Shown here one piece after another: positions 7,751-18,500 of a stretch of 64,000 nt of DNA. Under the pieces are notes generated by a model. It ran no database searches. It was not told the origin of the DNA and worked only from the letters and a program-made list of their open reading frames with translations. Origin of the DNA: a virus; the IMG/VR virus record IMGVR_UViG_3300045988_153198; one strand, 5' to 3'. Position 1 is the stretch's first letter; every line of letters starts with the position of its first letter. The translations under genes and the position numbers were made by a program.

Positions 7751-8849
7751 TTGCTACGACCTCCTTTAAAATTTTTATATTCACATTCTTTAGATATTTC
7801 ATATAAAAGAAATGTGAATCTGTATATTTAATAGTTCCTACATAAGAAAGACATCCAGCACATAAAGAAAAAGATAGCTTTTGGTGATTGGCTATCTTTT
7901 TGGATGCTTTATTATATTTTCTTCTAATTCGTAAAGAGGTTGCTCTACGAATTTCAATGTGGTCACGATAAAATTTATACCCCATAAAGTCAAGAAATCT
8001 TCCACGATGGATAGGTTTACCAACTTTTTGACTAGCCTTTTTATCAATATAGTCTAATCTAAATACTTGCCAGTTACTTTTGATTTCCAAACCAAGAGTA
8101 GCACAATATTTATCTAACTCACGTTTTACACGATGCAGTTCCTTTTTGTTTTTACCAAAAATACAACCATCATCCATATAAAAAATACAATACTTCACAC
8201 GAAGTTCTTCTTTTAAATAGTGACACACATAACTAATAACAAAATTACATAGCCATTGAGATGTAACACTACCAATAGGAAGCCCATCATCATAACTGTA
8301 AAGAATTGTTTCTGCTAACCATAATACCTTTTTGTTACGAATTTTTCTTTTCAATAAATCCATAACAATATCAGGCTTGATATGTTGATAGCATTTCTTA
8401 AAATCTATTTTCAGACAATACTTAGTATTTTTATGGTCAGTTTCCATCCATCTCTTTACAAATTTCCTTCCGTATGTACCACCACGATTAGGAATACTTG
8501 CACATTGATGAACATAAAATTGCTTCATAAAAATATCTTCGCAAGCCAATACAAAAATCCAATGATATATCTGAGATAACATACTTGTTGAAGCAATATC
8601 CCTTATCTTATGAGTAGATGTATCATATACTTGTGATACATGGTATTCATCAGGCTTTCGTTTTTCTAAAATTAAACTTCTTTGAATACGCTCTGCTAGA
8701 TAAGCAATTTTTATTTCAATAGTATCTCCCTTACACCAGTTTATTAAATTCTTTGTTTCTGCCCTATGCCACTTGCCTTCCAGAGCTTTATAAATAGCAG
8801 CAATTATGAAATTAATATCTGTAATATCTTTAGTCACATAAGATTTCAT
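7707..8849 (-). CDS. DGR reverse transcriptase
   Basis: LPIGSVTSQ (the IGxxxSQ variant) and YMDDG (8166-8180). I place the start at Met80 of the track ORF (ATG 8849) because the upstream 79 codons run through the TR. Confidence 0.85.
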   Translation of the reverse strand: MKSYVTKDITDINFIIAAIYKALEGKWHRAETKNLINWCKGDTIEIKIAYLAERIQRSLILEKRKPDEYHVSQVYDTSTHKIRDIASTSMLSQIYHWIFVLACEDIFMKQFYVHQCASIPNRGGTYGRKFVKRWMETDHKNTKYCLKIDFKKCYQHIKPDIVMDLLKRKIRNKKVLWLAETILYSYDDGLPIGSVTSQWLCNFVISYVCHYLKEELRVKYCIFYMDDGCIFGKNKKELHRVKRELDKYCATLGLEIKSNWQVFRLDYIDKKASQKVGKPIHRGRFLDFMGYKFYRDHIEIRRATSLRIRRKYNKASKKIANHQKLSFSLCAGCLSYVGTIKYTDSHFFYMKYLKNVNIKILKEVVANESRKQSKTRISHY

Positions 8850-9013
8850 TAAGTTCTTTCTTAATCTCAAAGATGTTTGAATAAAATAATATTCTACTAA
8901 CCTCTGCTGCACCGATGAATTTTTACCAAGCGGTATGGCAAGCCTACTCAATTTGAACTCCAAACTGGTAGGTAGATTGTGTATTAAGATTTTATGAAAA
9001 TTATTAAGAAGTG

Positions 9014-9126
9014 CGAGCAGCAATATTCCACCACGCATTACCGACATCGTTGTTGCAATTCCAATAGACAAGCCCATCGTTAGCACCGTTATTCAAATTA
9101 CCGCCAACGTACACGACACGCAGCCA
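9014..9126 (-). repeat. DGR template repeat (TR)
   Basis: 113-nt match to 9493-9605. In frame it reads LRVVYVGGNLNNGANDGLVYWNCNNDVGNAWWNIAAR, with AAY codons at the variable sites. Confidence 0.9.
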
Positions 9127-9230
9127 CCGCAATACACAAAATCCCGACAAATAAATTACCATCAATCATGTTTTTATAATTGAATCTAGTGCAATAATCA
9201 AGTTACTTTTTAATGTGTTCAAAAATAATA

Positions 9231-9290
9231 GGAGAGATGTTCGTCTTAGTACCGCCAACACTTTACTAATCCGTTTCACAACATCTCTCC
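9231..9290. other. 11-bp inverted repeat with 38-nt loop in the VR-TR gap
   Basis: Arms GGAGAGATGTT (9231-9241) and AACATCTCTCC (9280-9290). The loop contains TACCGCCAAC, which also occurs in TR and VR. Confidence 0.7.
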
Positions 9291-9445
9291 TAAATCTTCT
9301 AATCACCAAATTCAAAAACTTAAAATCCTTATTTTATCCTAGAGATTAATTTTCTCCTTTTCTATATTTTTTTGTAATTCAACTTCTTAATAAATTAACA
9401 TTGAATCTGCTATTTAGTATGATATTGTATCTGCTTTTAATAATA

Positions 9446-9466
9446 CTGGGGGTTGGTCACCCCCAG
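9446..9466 (-). promoter_or_regulatory. GC-rich hairpin just 3' of VR (candidate DGR target-recognition hairpin)
   Basis: CTGGGGG-ttggtca-CCCCCAG, 27 nt downstream of the VR end and 9 nt after the stop codon. No clean T-run follows. Confidence 0.5.
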
Positions 9467-9474
9467 ACCCCCAC

Positions 9475-11328
9475 CTACGCAGTATAGGAAAGGCGAGCAG
9501 CAATAATCCACCCCGCACTACCGACAGCGCTGCTGCAATTCCAAAAGACAAACCCAGCGAGAGCACCGTTAGGCAAACCACCGCCAACGTACACGACACG
9601 CAGCCCTGTGTTCTTCCAGTAATAATCGCAGAAATACTGGTTGGACGCACCACCGACAACAATCGGCAAACGCACGTATGGATGCTCCGCATCCCATCCG
9701 AGTTCCTTCGTCCATCCTTCGGATGAACAATTGACATAGCCAATCTGTTCATAATCTGAAGTAATAGAATTTGCAAACTTAGTTGGGTCTTTGCACACAT
9801 ATGTCTGATAATCCTGAATTAACACATCAGCCATAATAGACCACTGATTACCCCACAAATCCTCAATGTATCTATAACGCATCTGATATTTACCAGAAGT
9901 ATTTGACACCGCACTACCAGAAGGAGTAATAACAGAATCAGACCCACCAGAGAACCAACAACGAGAAGAAATATAATTTCCAACTGCTACATTAACAGCA
10001 GCTCCATCAAATACAATTGCTTTATTAGAAGCATCATATGTTTCAATAGAGGTAATTCTTCTATTGTTTGCAATCTCAGAACCATTCTTTGTTGAACCAA
10101 TAACAATTGTTTGACCAACAACATAGTTAGCTGCAATATCATTAGCACAAATAAATTTGTTTCCATTTGTTGTAGCAACAGTAACGACATCATTTGCATT
10201 ATCATATCTCATATAAGCTGCACCATACATAACATCCTGAGAGTTACGTGTTGCAAATTCTACATAGAATAACAACTCATTAATCTGTCTATCTTTTGTT
10301 GTTTCGATATGATAATTCGTACCAAGCTTACTTCTAAGTAATGACTTATAACCATCATAAGAACGACTAAGCATAGTATTAATACCACTATATGATACTG
10401 GATTACCAGAAGCATCCAGACCAATTTTATAACATGGATAATAATAAGTATCCATTACAGAACCATCCAGATTAACAAATCTTTCAGGAATTTCATAACC
10501 ATCAAGGTGCTGGTCAGAAATCCAAATTTCATAGTATGTATCAGTAAATACATATTTGTAATAGAATAAATGTCTTTCTGCATATACATTTCCATTAGAA
10601 CCATCGACTGCAAAATTTGGCTCACCTTCTACAGCAGTAACAACAAAATTTTTTCCATCCCAATGTCCATTTACTCTACGAGATTTCCAAGGCATAAGAT
10701 AATCAAAATCATTATATGCATCTACTGTATCTGTACCTACATTTGCCACTAATCCAATAGCATCACCTAAACGCTCACCTTTTGGATTAGAACCAGCGGT
10801 ATAAAGTGGAAAACGTACACCCCATTCTTTTGGACGATTAGTGGACAACACTTTTAACATAGCTTCGATTTTATTTGAACTATATGTTGTGCCAGCACCA
10901 GCCTTACTATCATTAATTCCAATTTTTTCTGCCACAATAGCTTCCGCAGCAGCAGCAGCGTTATTTGCTCTCTCTGTAGCAGTAGTGGCATTACCACTTA
11001 AAATTTCTATTTTATTGGTAAAACCATCGACAATTCCTTTAGCTTTTTCATATTCTGCAATACATTTTGCTACTTCAGCTTTCGCCAAAGTTACCTGTTC
11101 TGTAGCAGTATTGATATTTGTCTGTGAACTTGTATTTAATTCTTCAATCTTCTTCAACTGAAATACATAGCCAAGATTCTTCCAAGGGGTAGAACCATCA
11201 CCTAATTTCATATTGATATAGCCATCTGTAGTACGCTCTAAAGCTGGTTCATTTAAAGCTAAGATTCTATTTGAAGATTCCCAGTTGGCAGTTGTATCAG
11301 TTTTCAACGTAATAGTTGATGTTGCCAT
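9475..11328 (-). CDS. DGR target: tail-fibre/receptor-binding protein (617 aa)
   Basis: The N-terminus TLKTDTTANWESSNRILALNEPALE...KLGDGSTPWKNLGY is a fibre anchor motif shared with 11861..12451 and 12519..20174. The C-terminus carries the VR. Confidence 0.8.
   Translation of the reverse strand: MATSTITLKTDTTANWESSNRILALNEPALERTTDGYINMKLGDGSTPWKNLGYVFQLKKIEELNTSSQTNINTATEQVTLAKAEVAKCIAEYEKAKGIVDGFTNKIEILSGNATTATERANNAAAAAEAIVAEKIGINDSKAGAGTTYSSNKIEAMLKVLSTNRPKEWGVRFPLYTAGSNPKGERLGDAIGLVANVGTDTVDAYNDFDYLMPWKSRRVNGHWDGKNFVVTAVEGEPNFAVDGSNGNVYAERHLFYYKYVFTDTYYEIWISDQHLDGYEIPERFVNLDGSVMDTYYYPCYKIGLDASGNPVSYSGINTMLSRSYDGYKSLLRSKLGTNYHIETTKDRQINELLFYVEFATRNSQDVMYGAAYMRYDNANDVVTVATTNGNKFICANDIAANYVVGQTIVIGSTKNGSEIANNRRITSIETYDASNKAIVFDGAAVNVAVGNYISSRCWFSGGSDSVITPSGSAVSNTSGKYQMRYRYIEDLWGNQWSIMADVLIQDYQTYVCKDPTKFANSITSDYEQIGYVNCSSEGWTKELGWDAEHPYVRLPIVVGGASNQYFCDYYWKNTGLRVVYVGGGLPNGALAGFVFWNCSSAVGSAGWIIAARLSYTA
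9493..9605 (-). repeat. DGR variable repeat (VR)
   Basis: 15 mismatches to TR, 13 of them at TR coding-strand adenines. It encodes LRVVYVGGGLPNGALAGFVFWNCSSAVGSAGWIIAAR at the C-terminus of ORF 9475..11328. Confidence 0.9.
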
Positions 11329-11348
11329 AAAATCACTCCTCTCTATAA

Positions 11349-11549
11349 TTAATCAATTGCAGTACCGCCATTGATTTTTTGCTTATCAATAGAGATAGCA
11401 TCTCCAGCATCAATATAGATTCCTGTATCAATGGAAAACGCATCTCCAGCTAACAAATTGAAATAAGTTTCAGGTGAAATAGAAGAGAGGATTGCATTTC
11501 CAAACATTCCACCCGAAAACATATTACAGTCATTTGAAAATAAACCCAT
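11349..11549 (-). CDS. hypothetical 66-aa protein with (I/L)xxG(D/N)A repeats
   Basis: GAGAGGA-type RBS. Repeats LLAGDA, IDAGDA and INGGTA. Confidence 0.45.
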   Translation of the reverse strand: MGLFSNDCNMFSGGMFGNAILSSISPETYFNLLAGDAFSIDTGIYIDAGDAISIDKQKINGGTAID

Positions 11550-11563
11550 AACTTATTCCTCTC

Positions 11564-11848
11564 TTAATACATATAAATGATATTTACATCTGAATCTGTC
11601 TCAAATACAAGATTAGTAATCTGAACATAATCGAGTCCAAATTCCAACATTCCAGTAGAAGGCATAGTGATGTCAACATCATTTACAGTTACCTTTGTTT
11701 TGGCTGGTGCTTCAATAGCGATTTTTCTTACAGTGTTAAAATCAAACTGTGGATGTTTAACCTTTTCTGCTTCTTTGAATACATCAACCATATTTACATT
11801 TGCTGTAGCAGTTCCATAAAAAGAACCAAAATGTACTTTTGAAACCAT
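11564..11848 (-). CDS. hypothetical 94-aa protein in the fibre module
   Basis: GGAGGAAA RBS, tightly packed between fibre genes. Confidence 0.5.
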   Translation of the reverse strand: MVSKVHFGSFYGTATANVNMVDVFKEAEKVKHPQFDFNTVRKIAIEAPAKTKVTVNDVDITMPSTGMLEFGLDYVQITNLVFETDSDVNIIYMY

Positions 11849-11860
11849 ATATTTTCCTCC

Positions 11861-12451
11861 TTAATTCAATATACTTAGAGCATTTCCAGCATCTAATTTA
11901 TAAGGGTCAACAGTAGTAGCGTTACCACCATCAATATTTTGCACATCAAAACTTGTGGCATTACCAGCAGCTATATTTAAAACCAATCCTTCTTTTGCAG
12001 AATTAATTTCATCCAAATAACTCTGAATTTCTTTTAGCATTTGTTGTGTTGCCTGAATTAAAGAGTTGTTTACTAACTCATCAATCTCTTCACGAATTTG
12101 AACTACATGAGCTTCAGATGCAGAAATTGTAATTTCTGCTTCCTGTATATTTTTTAGTGAATCCGCAAATGATTGAGATGTTTGCTTCCATGTTGAAGAA
12201 AAAGAATCATAGAGATTCTTGGTATTTAGATAAGCATTATAAGTATTGATATATGTTTGATTAACTAAATCATAATCAAAGCTATAACCCAAATCATTCC
12301 AAGGTGTTTTTCCATCACCGATTTTTAATTTCCAAGGAGAAGCAGATTGTTGAGCTACCTCAACCGCAATCTCTCTTTCTTCTAATATAGGATTTGATTT
12401 TTTCCAGTTTTCTGCTGTATCTCCACGAATACGAATTTTAATATAAGCCAT
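11861..12451 (-). CDS. short tail-fibre-like protein (196 aa)
   Basis: GGAGG RBS before ATG 12451. The N-terminus IKIRIRGDTAENWKKSNPILEEREIAVE...KIGDGKTPWNDLGY is followed by a coiled-coil middle. The C-terminus has IAAGNA, IDGGNA and LDAGNA. Confidence 0.65.
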   Translation of the reverse strand: MAYIKIRIRGDTAENWKKSNPILEEREIAVEVAQQSASPWKLKIGDGKTPWNDLGYSFDYDLVNQTYINTYNAYLNTKNLYDSFSSTWKQTSQSFADSLKNIQEAEITISASEAHVVQIREEIDELVNNSLIQATQQMLKEIQSYLDEINSAKEGLVLNIAAGNATSFDVQNIDGGNATTVDPYKLDAGNALSILN

Positions 12452-12518
12452 AATTACCTCCATCTTATATAAAAAGAGAGTTGCCATAATAATGACAACC
12501 CTCTAGTTTTAATGAAAA

Positions 12519-15500
12519 TTATCTTGCATAAATGTCCAAATTCTTAGTCCAGTTTGTAGACACAGCATTGGCAGCAGCATAGTTGCTTAATTTTGAACAA
12601 TTGTACAATGCACCAAAATAACCAGTTGTATCAGATACAATGGCACTAAATGTGTTACCATCCCAGAAAAATGGAACAGTACCAGAGATGTTAGAACATC
12701 TATAAAATAATGCACCAATGTATTTCAACTTGGTATTCTTCAGCTCTCCATGTAAGAATCCTGAAGAAACAGATGAGATATTTGTAAATGCGAACATACC
12801 ATATGCATTAACAAGAGTATTAATACAGTTAATCATAAATGTATTAGTAATTGCTCCTGTTAAATTATCAATACCATAGAACGCTTCATTAGCATATTGT
12901 AATGCGGTCTGTTTTGCAAATAAATTCTGTGGAATACTACAAGCTGGTAATTTAAAACATTCTCTAAATATAGCAGCAATAGTAGTAAGAGCCACACATT
13001 TTGCAAACATATCAGATGCACAAATATAATCTACATCTAATGATTCATCATGATAGGCTGCATTTAATCCACGACACTTTCTAAACATACCAGAAATATC
13101 TTTCAATTCAGTATATTTATCAGTGATACTTGAAGTATAGAATATATCGTCAGGAATACCGCCTGTAAGTCCTTCACAATCATAAAATAGATAGGAAGCA
13201 CTTTTTAATTTAAGACAATCTGCCAAAAATCCTTTCTGTGTAATATTTCCTGACTCATCTTTACTTCCTGTTGGCAATTCTCCACTAAGTTCTAAGCATC
13301 CCCAGAACATATAAGAAACATCTTCCAATGTCTCTCTACATGAATTAAATAAGGATACAGGAATAGAACCCTGAAGTAATGCACAATTATAAAACAGATA
13401 TGAAGTATCTTTTAAAGAAATACATCCATCAAATAATCCTGTAGGAATAGTAAATGAATGATTACTATTAGAACCAAAGAATTGTTTTACTGTTTGTAAT
13501 TTTATACAATCTTTAAACAATTCTTTTTTAATTCCAACCATAACAGAATTATCTAAATCCGTACCACTTAACAAAGTACAGTTATCGAACATATAAGAAG
13601 CATCAATAATGTTATTCTTACATGGTTCGAAAATAGATATTATTTTTCCATTGACTTCTTTATATGGAATACAACCTTTCAATCCTTTACAATAACGGAA
13701 AGCATTAGATACATTCTGAAGTAATGGATTTCCATTAAACATATTAATTGATAAGCTGTTAGTATATTCTTTTTCTACACCGTTCTCTCTATAATAGCAA
13801 TATTTTAATGCTTCATTATTTGTACCAGAACTATGATAGAACAAATAACTTGCATCCAATAAGTTAGGAAGAGTGGCGAGAAAATCTTCAAAATATCCCT
13901 CTATTTTAGTATTACCAAAGAATCCATATAAAGTATAACGATAAGAACTCATTGGCAGATTATCTGTAATAGCTTGTCCAATTTGTTTTAAATTACTTGC
14001 ACCAATAAAGAAATCACTTTGTACATCGCCAGTTAAAGCTGTGCAATCATAGAACATTGATTTTGCAGCAGTAAGATAAGGTAATTCATTATCGTCTGAT
14101 TCTTTCACTCTAAATAACCGACTTGGCAATCCAGTTATCTTTGAACAACCAGCAAATACACCATTTGCAGTAGTCAACAATACATTTTTTGCAAAGAAAC
14201 CATTAGGTACATTTCCAGTAAGAGCTGCACAACCATAAAACATATAAGAAGCATCTTTTAAATTTACTAATGGGTCTAACATACCAGATAATCCATTTGT
14301 ATTAATCAATTTTATACAATTATGAAACATTGCATAAGTTGATGTAATGTTTGGAGTATTAGCAAAGATATTACAATTAGAATGAATAAAATTAACCAGA
14401 TTTGTACATTCACCAAACATTCTTGAAACATCAACCAAACTAACTGCTTTTTCAAATACATTCTGGTCAATAGAAACTAAATCTCTACAAACATAGAACA
14501 TATAAGAAGCATTTTGAAGTTTTGTCAGATTATCAAATAATGCTTTAGGAATCTTGGTTAATTTATTACTAATAAATGCACATGAAGCAGTAGTAATATT
14601 TGGCGTGTGTGCAAACAAATCACTAGGTATTGTCTGCTCAGTTTTACATCCCCACATAAGGTCATTAATATTCTTCAGACTTTCATCACAAGCATATAAA
14701 ACCTTTCTTGCCATAGCATATGTAGGTGTTCCACCATTACCACCATTTACATAGAACAAATAAGATATATCTGTAACACCAGCAAAATCAAATGTTAGAT
14801 TGTTAATATCTGTCAAGACATAACAATATCTAAATAAATATCTTGCCAATGATGTACATTTTAAATATCCTGTTACTCTCTGTAAAGAGTTACAACCATC
14901 AAATAATGCATCCATATTTGAAGTTACATAATTAATATTTTCAATTGCTTTGATGCTTGTACAGTTCTGAAATGAAATAGATGAAAGTTTAGATAATTGT
15001 TTCATATCACACTTTCTATCTGATTCAGCAATTTCCGCAGAACCATACTGAATAGAAATAATACTTGAACTTCGAATGTTAAGGGTTTCCAGTACATTCC
15101 AAAGTTGAGCATTACATTCTTCATCTGTTAAATTAGGATTATTGGCTTTCAAAGCAGCAACTCTATTTGCTTCATCCTGAGAAATATATTTTGGCAAACG
15201 AATATTTTTCAAAGAAGTTGAATTGCTTACATCCAATTTTTTCAATTTATACAGAGTATATAAATGCAAATCATTCATCATAGAACCATTATTGTTTGAC
15301 ATTAATAACTGATAAATATTAGGACAATTTGTTAATTCAAATGTTTCCAATACTTTACAATTACTTACATCAACACTTTGTAAATTCTTACAATTGATTG
15401 CATTAAAGATAACCACAGGTGAACCAGATAAAGACACATTTTTAATTGCAGAACAAGAATCAATAATATATTCTGTAATACTATTGCATCCATCAATATT

Positions 15501-18500
15501 CACTTCGGTTAAAAATTCAAGTGATTTAAAATATAAATTCTTAATACTTGATTTTGATAAAATAGCGGTTTGTAAATTGCTACCTTCTGCAAAGTTGACA
15601 GTTACTATTTTAGTATTTGTAATATCCAATTTTTGAATATTTTTACATCCTGTCAAATCCAAGACCTGACCACCATTAGCAGTACCAAGTTGAACAGAAC
15701 CACTACAATTCAATTCTCTAAGATATTTATTGTTACCTAAGATTAATCTACTCATACGAGATGAACCAGACAAATCAAGTTTTAAAATCTTTGTAGCATT
15801 TGCAATCGTCAAATCACGAATATTCAAATCTTCAAGTTTATTAAGTAATTGAATACCTCCAGCAGCACTAATAGTAATTTCCTTATCGGTTGCTTTTACA
15901 GGGAACGTAAATAATGTACCTTGCACTTCTCGTTTTGTATCAGGGTCAATATAAGTTGAGTTCTGTGATACATATGCAGTAATAATAGCATCACGACCAG
16001 AACCAACACTAATAGTTACATACTGAGGAGTATAGGTTAATATACCAATATAAGCTTTTAATGTACTAGCTTCATCTTTGGATTCTTCTGTATTACCTGT
16101 TAATAAATAAGCATCGGTACGTAATGAAATTTCTCCATTGATAGAATTAGTGTTATCTTCAGAATATCTATAATCAAAAATAGTATCGCAAAAATCAAGA
16201 CGTTGAGAAATCCATTGTTTAAATCTTTGCAATCTATTTCCATGTAACATTTTTAAATATTCTGTATTCGTTGCAGATGTTTGAGTAAGATATTTTGCAG
16301 CCATATCTTTATTATAGAAAATCTCACCGATTAAATCAGTTGTGTGAGCTTTATAGTATTTCATAATATAATCTACATCATAAACCGATTTCCTTAAATT
16401 TTGATAAAGCTTTTTCAACTCTTCACTATATTCTTTAGCAAAAGTATTCCAGAATTTTGAGGTTTTGGTATTGTAAGAAGCATATCTCAATTCTGTTAAA
16501 CTATTTGTTGAATAATCAGCAAATGTACCTGTAGCAACAGTAGGAGAAAGGGCTGGAATCATTTCTGCATCAACACCAATACTTTCAGTACCAGTATTTG
16601 CCAAGCCAGCTTGTGTATCCATATCATAAGGACGCACATACCATTTCTTACCATCCCATGTATCCCACATTGAGTTTTTACCAGCATTATCTACTTGACC
16701 AAACACTACCATTTGTAAATAATAAGCAGCAGCATATGTAAAGTCAAAATGCTCTGTGAAATATTCTTTAAAGGTATTATTATTTACTGCATCAGAAACA
16801 CCATTAATCATATCTCTTAATGCACCATAAGCCAGTTCTAAATCATGTTCTGTTGGATTTTCTTTATCTTCCAACTCTGAATAATCATATCTTGCTTCAA
16901 AATCGGCACTAACATAATCATATTCACTATAACTTGCCTGAAATTCGTCAAATGTTTTATAAGTGACAGCCTTTCCTTCAGGAGTTGCTTTAAAATCTTC
17001 CATAGAAAATGCATTTGCAGAAAGTCCATGTGATTTTAAATATGCTACATACGCTTCTTCATAACAATCTTCTACATAATAATTATATACGTTTCTAATT
17101 GATTCACTCAGTTTATAAAAACAACCAGCAGTATCAGAAGCGTTTGCTGTTCCTTCAAAGCTTTGACATTTGTTCTTAATTGGATTACCTTCTTCGTCAG
17201 TAAATTGTTGTCCATTTGAATCTGTTACTTTTACATCAAATCCCAATGTCTTTCCCTTTTTATCAATATTGAACATATATGAACCGACAAGAGTTAATTT
17301 TGATGTATCTTTTTCATCATCTGTATAATAAACAATAACTGGAAATCCATCAATCGCATCTTTATAACCATTTGCTTTTGCTGGACTCTGACCACCTAAA
17401 ATAGTAATTAAATCATTATAGAATTTTGCTGTAGGTGTATTATTAAGATGAGAGCTTTCCATATAATCACATTTAAGAGTAAATGTATTTTCCTTTTCCC
17501 AATCATCTTTCATTTGTACTTTAAGTTTAGAAGTATGTGCTTCGTCAGCATACAATTTTAACTTATAATTCTTTACAGGATATTGCAAAGAAGAAGTACC
17601 CTGAAGAAATACAGAAACATTCTCCCATACAGTAATTGTTCCATCTGGATTCTGAATTTCAACTACACATTCAACATATGTTTTGTTGGATGTTGCTTTA
17701 TCAGTAATAGAGTTAAGAACTTCAAAATTACTGTTATTTTCGATATTTTTTCTTTTGAATGTAATAACTGGAAGCTTATTGGTTGTTATATCATTTTTCT
17801 CTTTTAATGCATTTTGTTCTGTTAAATCATAGATAGATGAAATATAGTTCTGAAGAACCTGACTAGAATCCAAATAATGATTGTAAAGTCTAATCATTTT
17901 AATTTCACATTCACCAAAATATGATGGGATGTTTTGAACCAATGATGCATTTAACATCAGTGGATAAGCATTTCCTAAAGAATCCAAGAACTTATCATTT
18001 GTTAATGCAGTAACAGAACATAAAACACCATTGATATAAATTCTCATAGTAGGAATTGGATTCATATTTTCAATATTTGTCAAACCAACCTTTTCAAGAC
18101 TACGAATATTTCTATCAATAACAAATGTAGCGTGTACCCACTCATCTTCAGCAAAACCAAGATTTGTATTCTGAGAAGATGAACCAATATATAAATCTTC
18201 ATGTGTTACTGAAAAACCAGCGGTGTTTGTATCAACACCTTTCTGACAAGTGACAACTCTTGCTTTCATTTCTCCTACACATCTTGTTCTAAAAACAAGC
18301 TCAAGAGAATATCCTTCAGTACCATCATTAAATCCAGCTAAAGGGCAATATCTTTCGCCAGTATTCTTATTTATCATTTCACCATAAGAATTACCAGTAA
18401 ACTTCAACATCATTTCGCCAGATTCAGAATCACTCAATGATTCATCTACGTGTTTCCAACCATTTGTATTATAGTTTAAATCATGCAGTTTGATTTGATA

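Noticed and set aside
7707-8849. RT as a group II intron, retron or abortive-infection RT
   Set aside because: The TR/VR pair with adenine-specific differences and the IGxxxSQ motif point to a DGR. I saw no maturase/endonuclease extension, intron RNA domains or retron msr/msd-like inverted repeats.
8850-9086. N-terminal 79 codons of track ORF 7707..9086 (MLTMGLSIGIATTMSVMRGGILLL...)
   Set aside because: This stretch is an out-of-frame read-through of the DGR template repeat and its spacer. Recognisable RT sequence begins after Met80, so I start the RT at 8849.
9414-9800. 128-aa ORF overlapping the VR region in another frame
   Set aside because: It lies in an alternate frame of the 3' end of the 617-aa target gene and mirrors the artefactual TR translation (LSFGIAAALSVVRGGLLLL). 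There is no RBS and no independent support.
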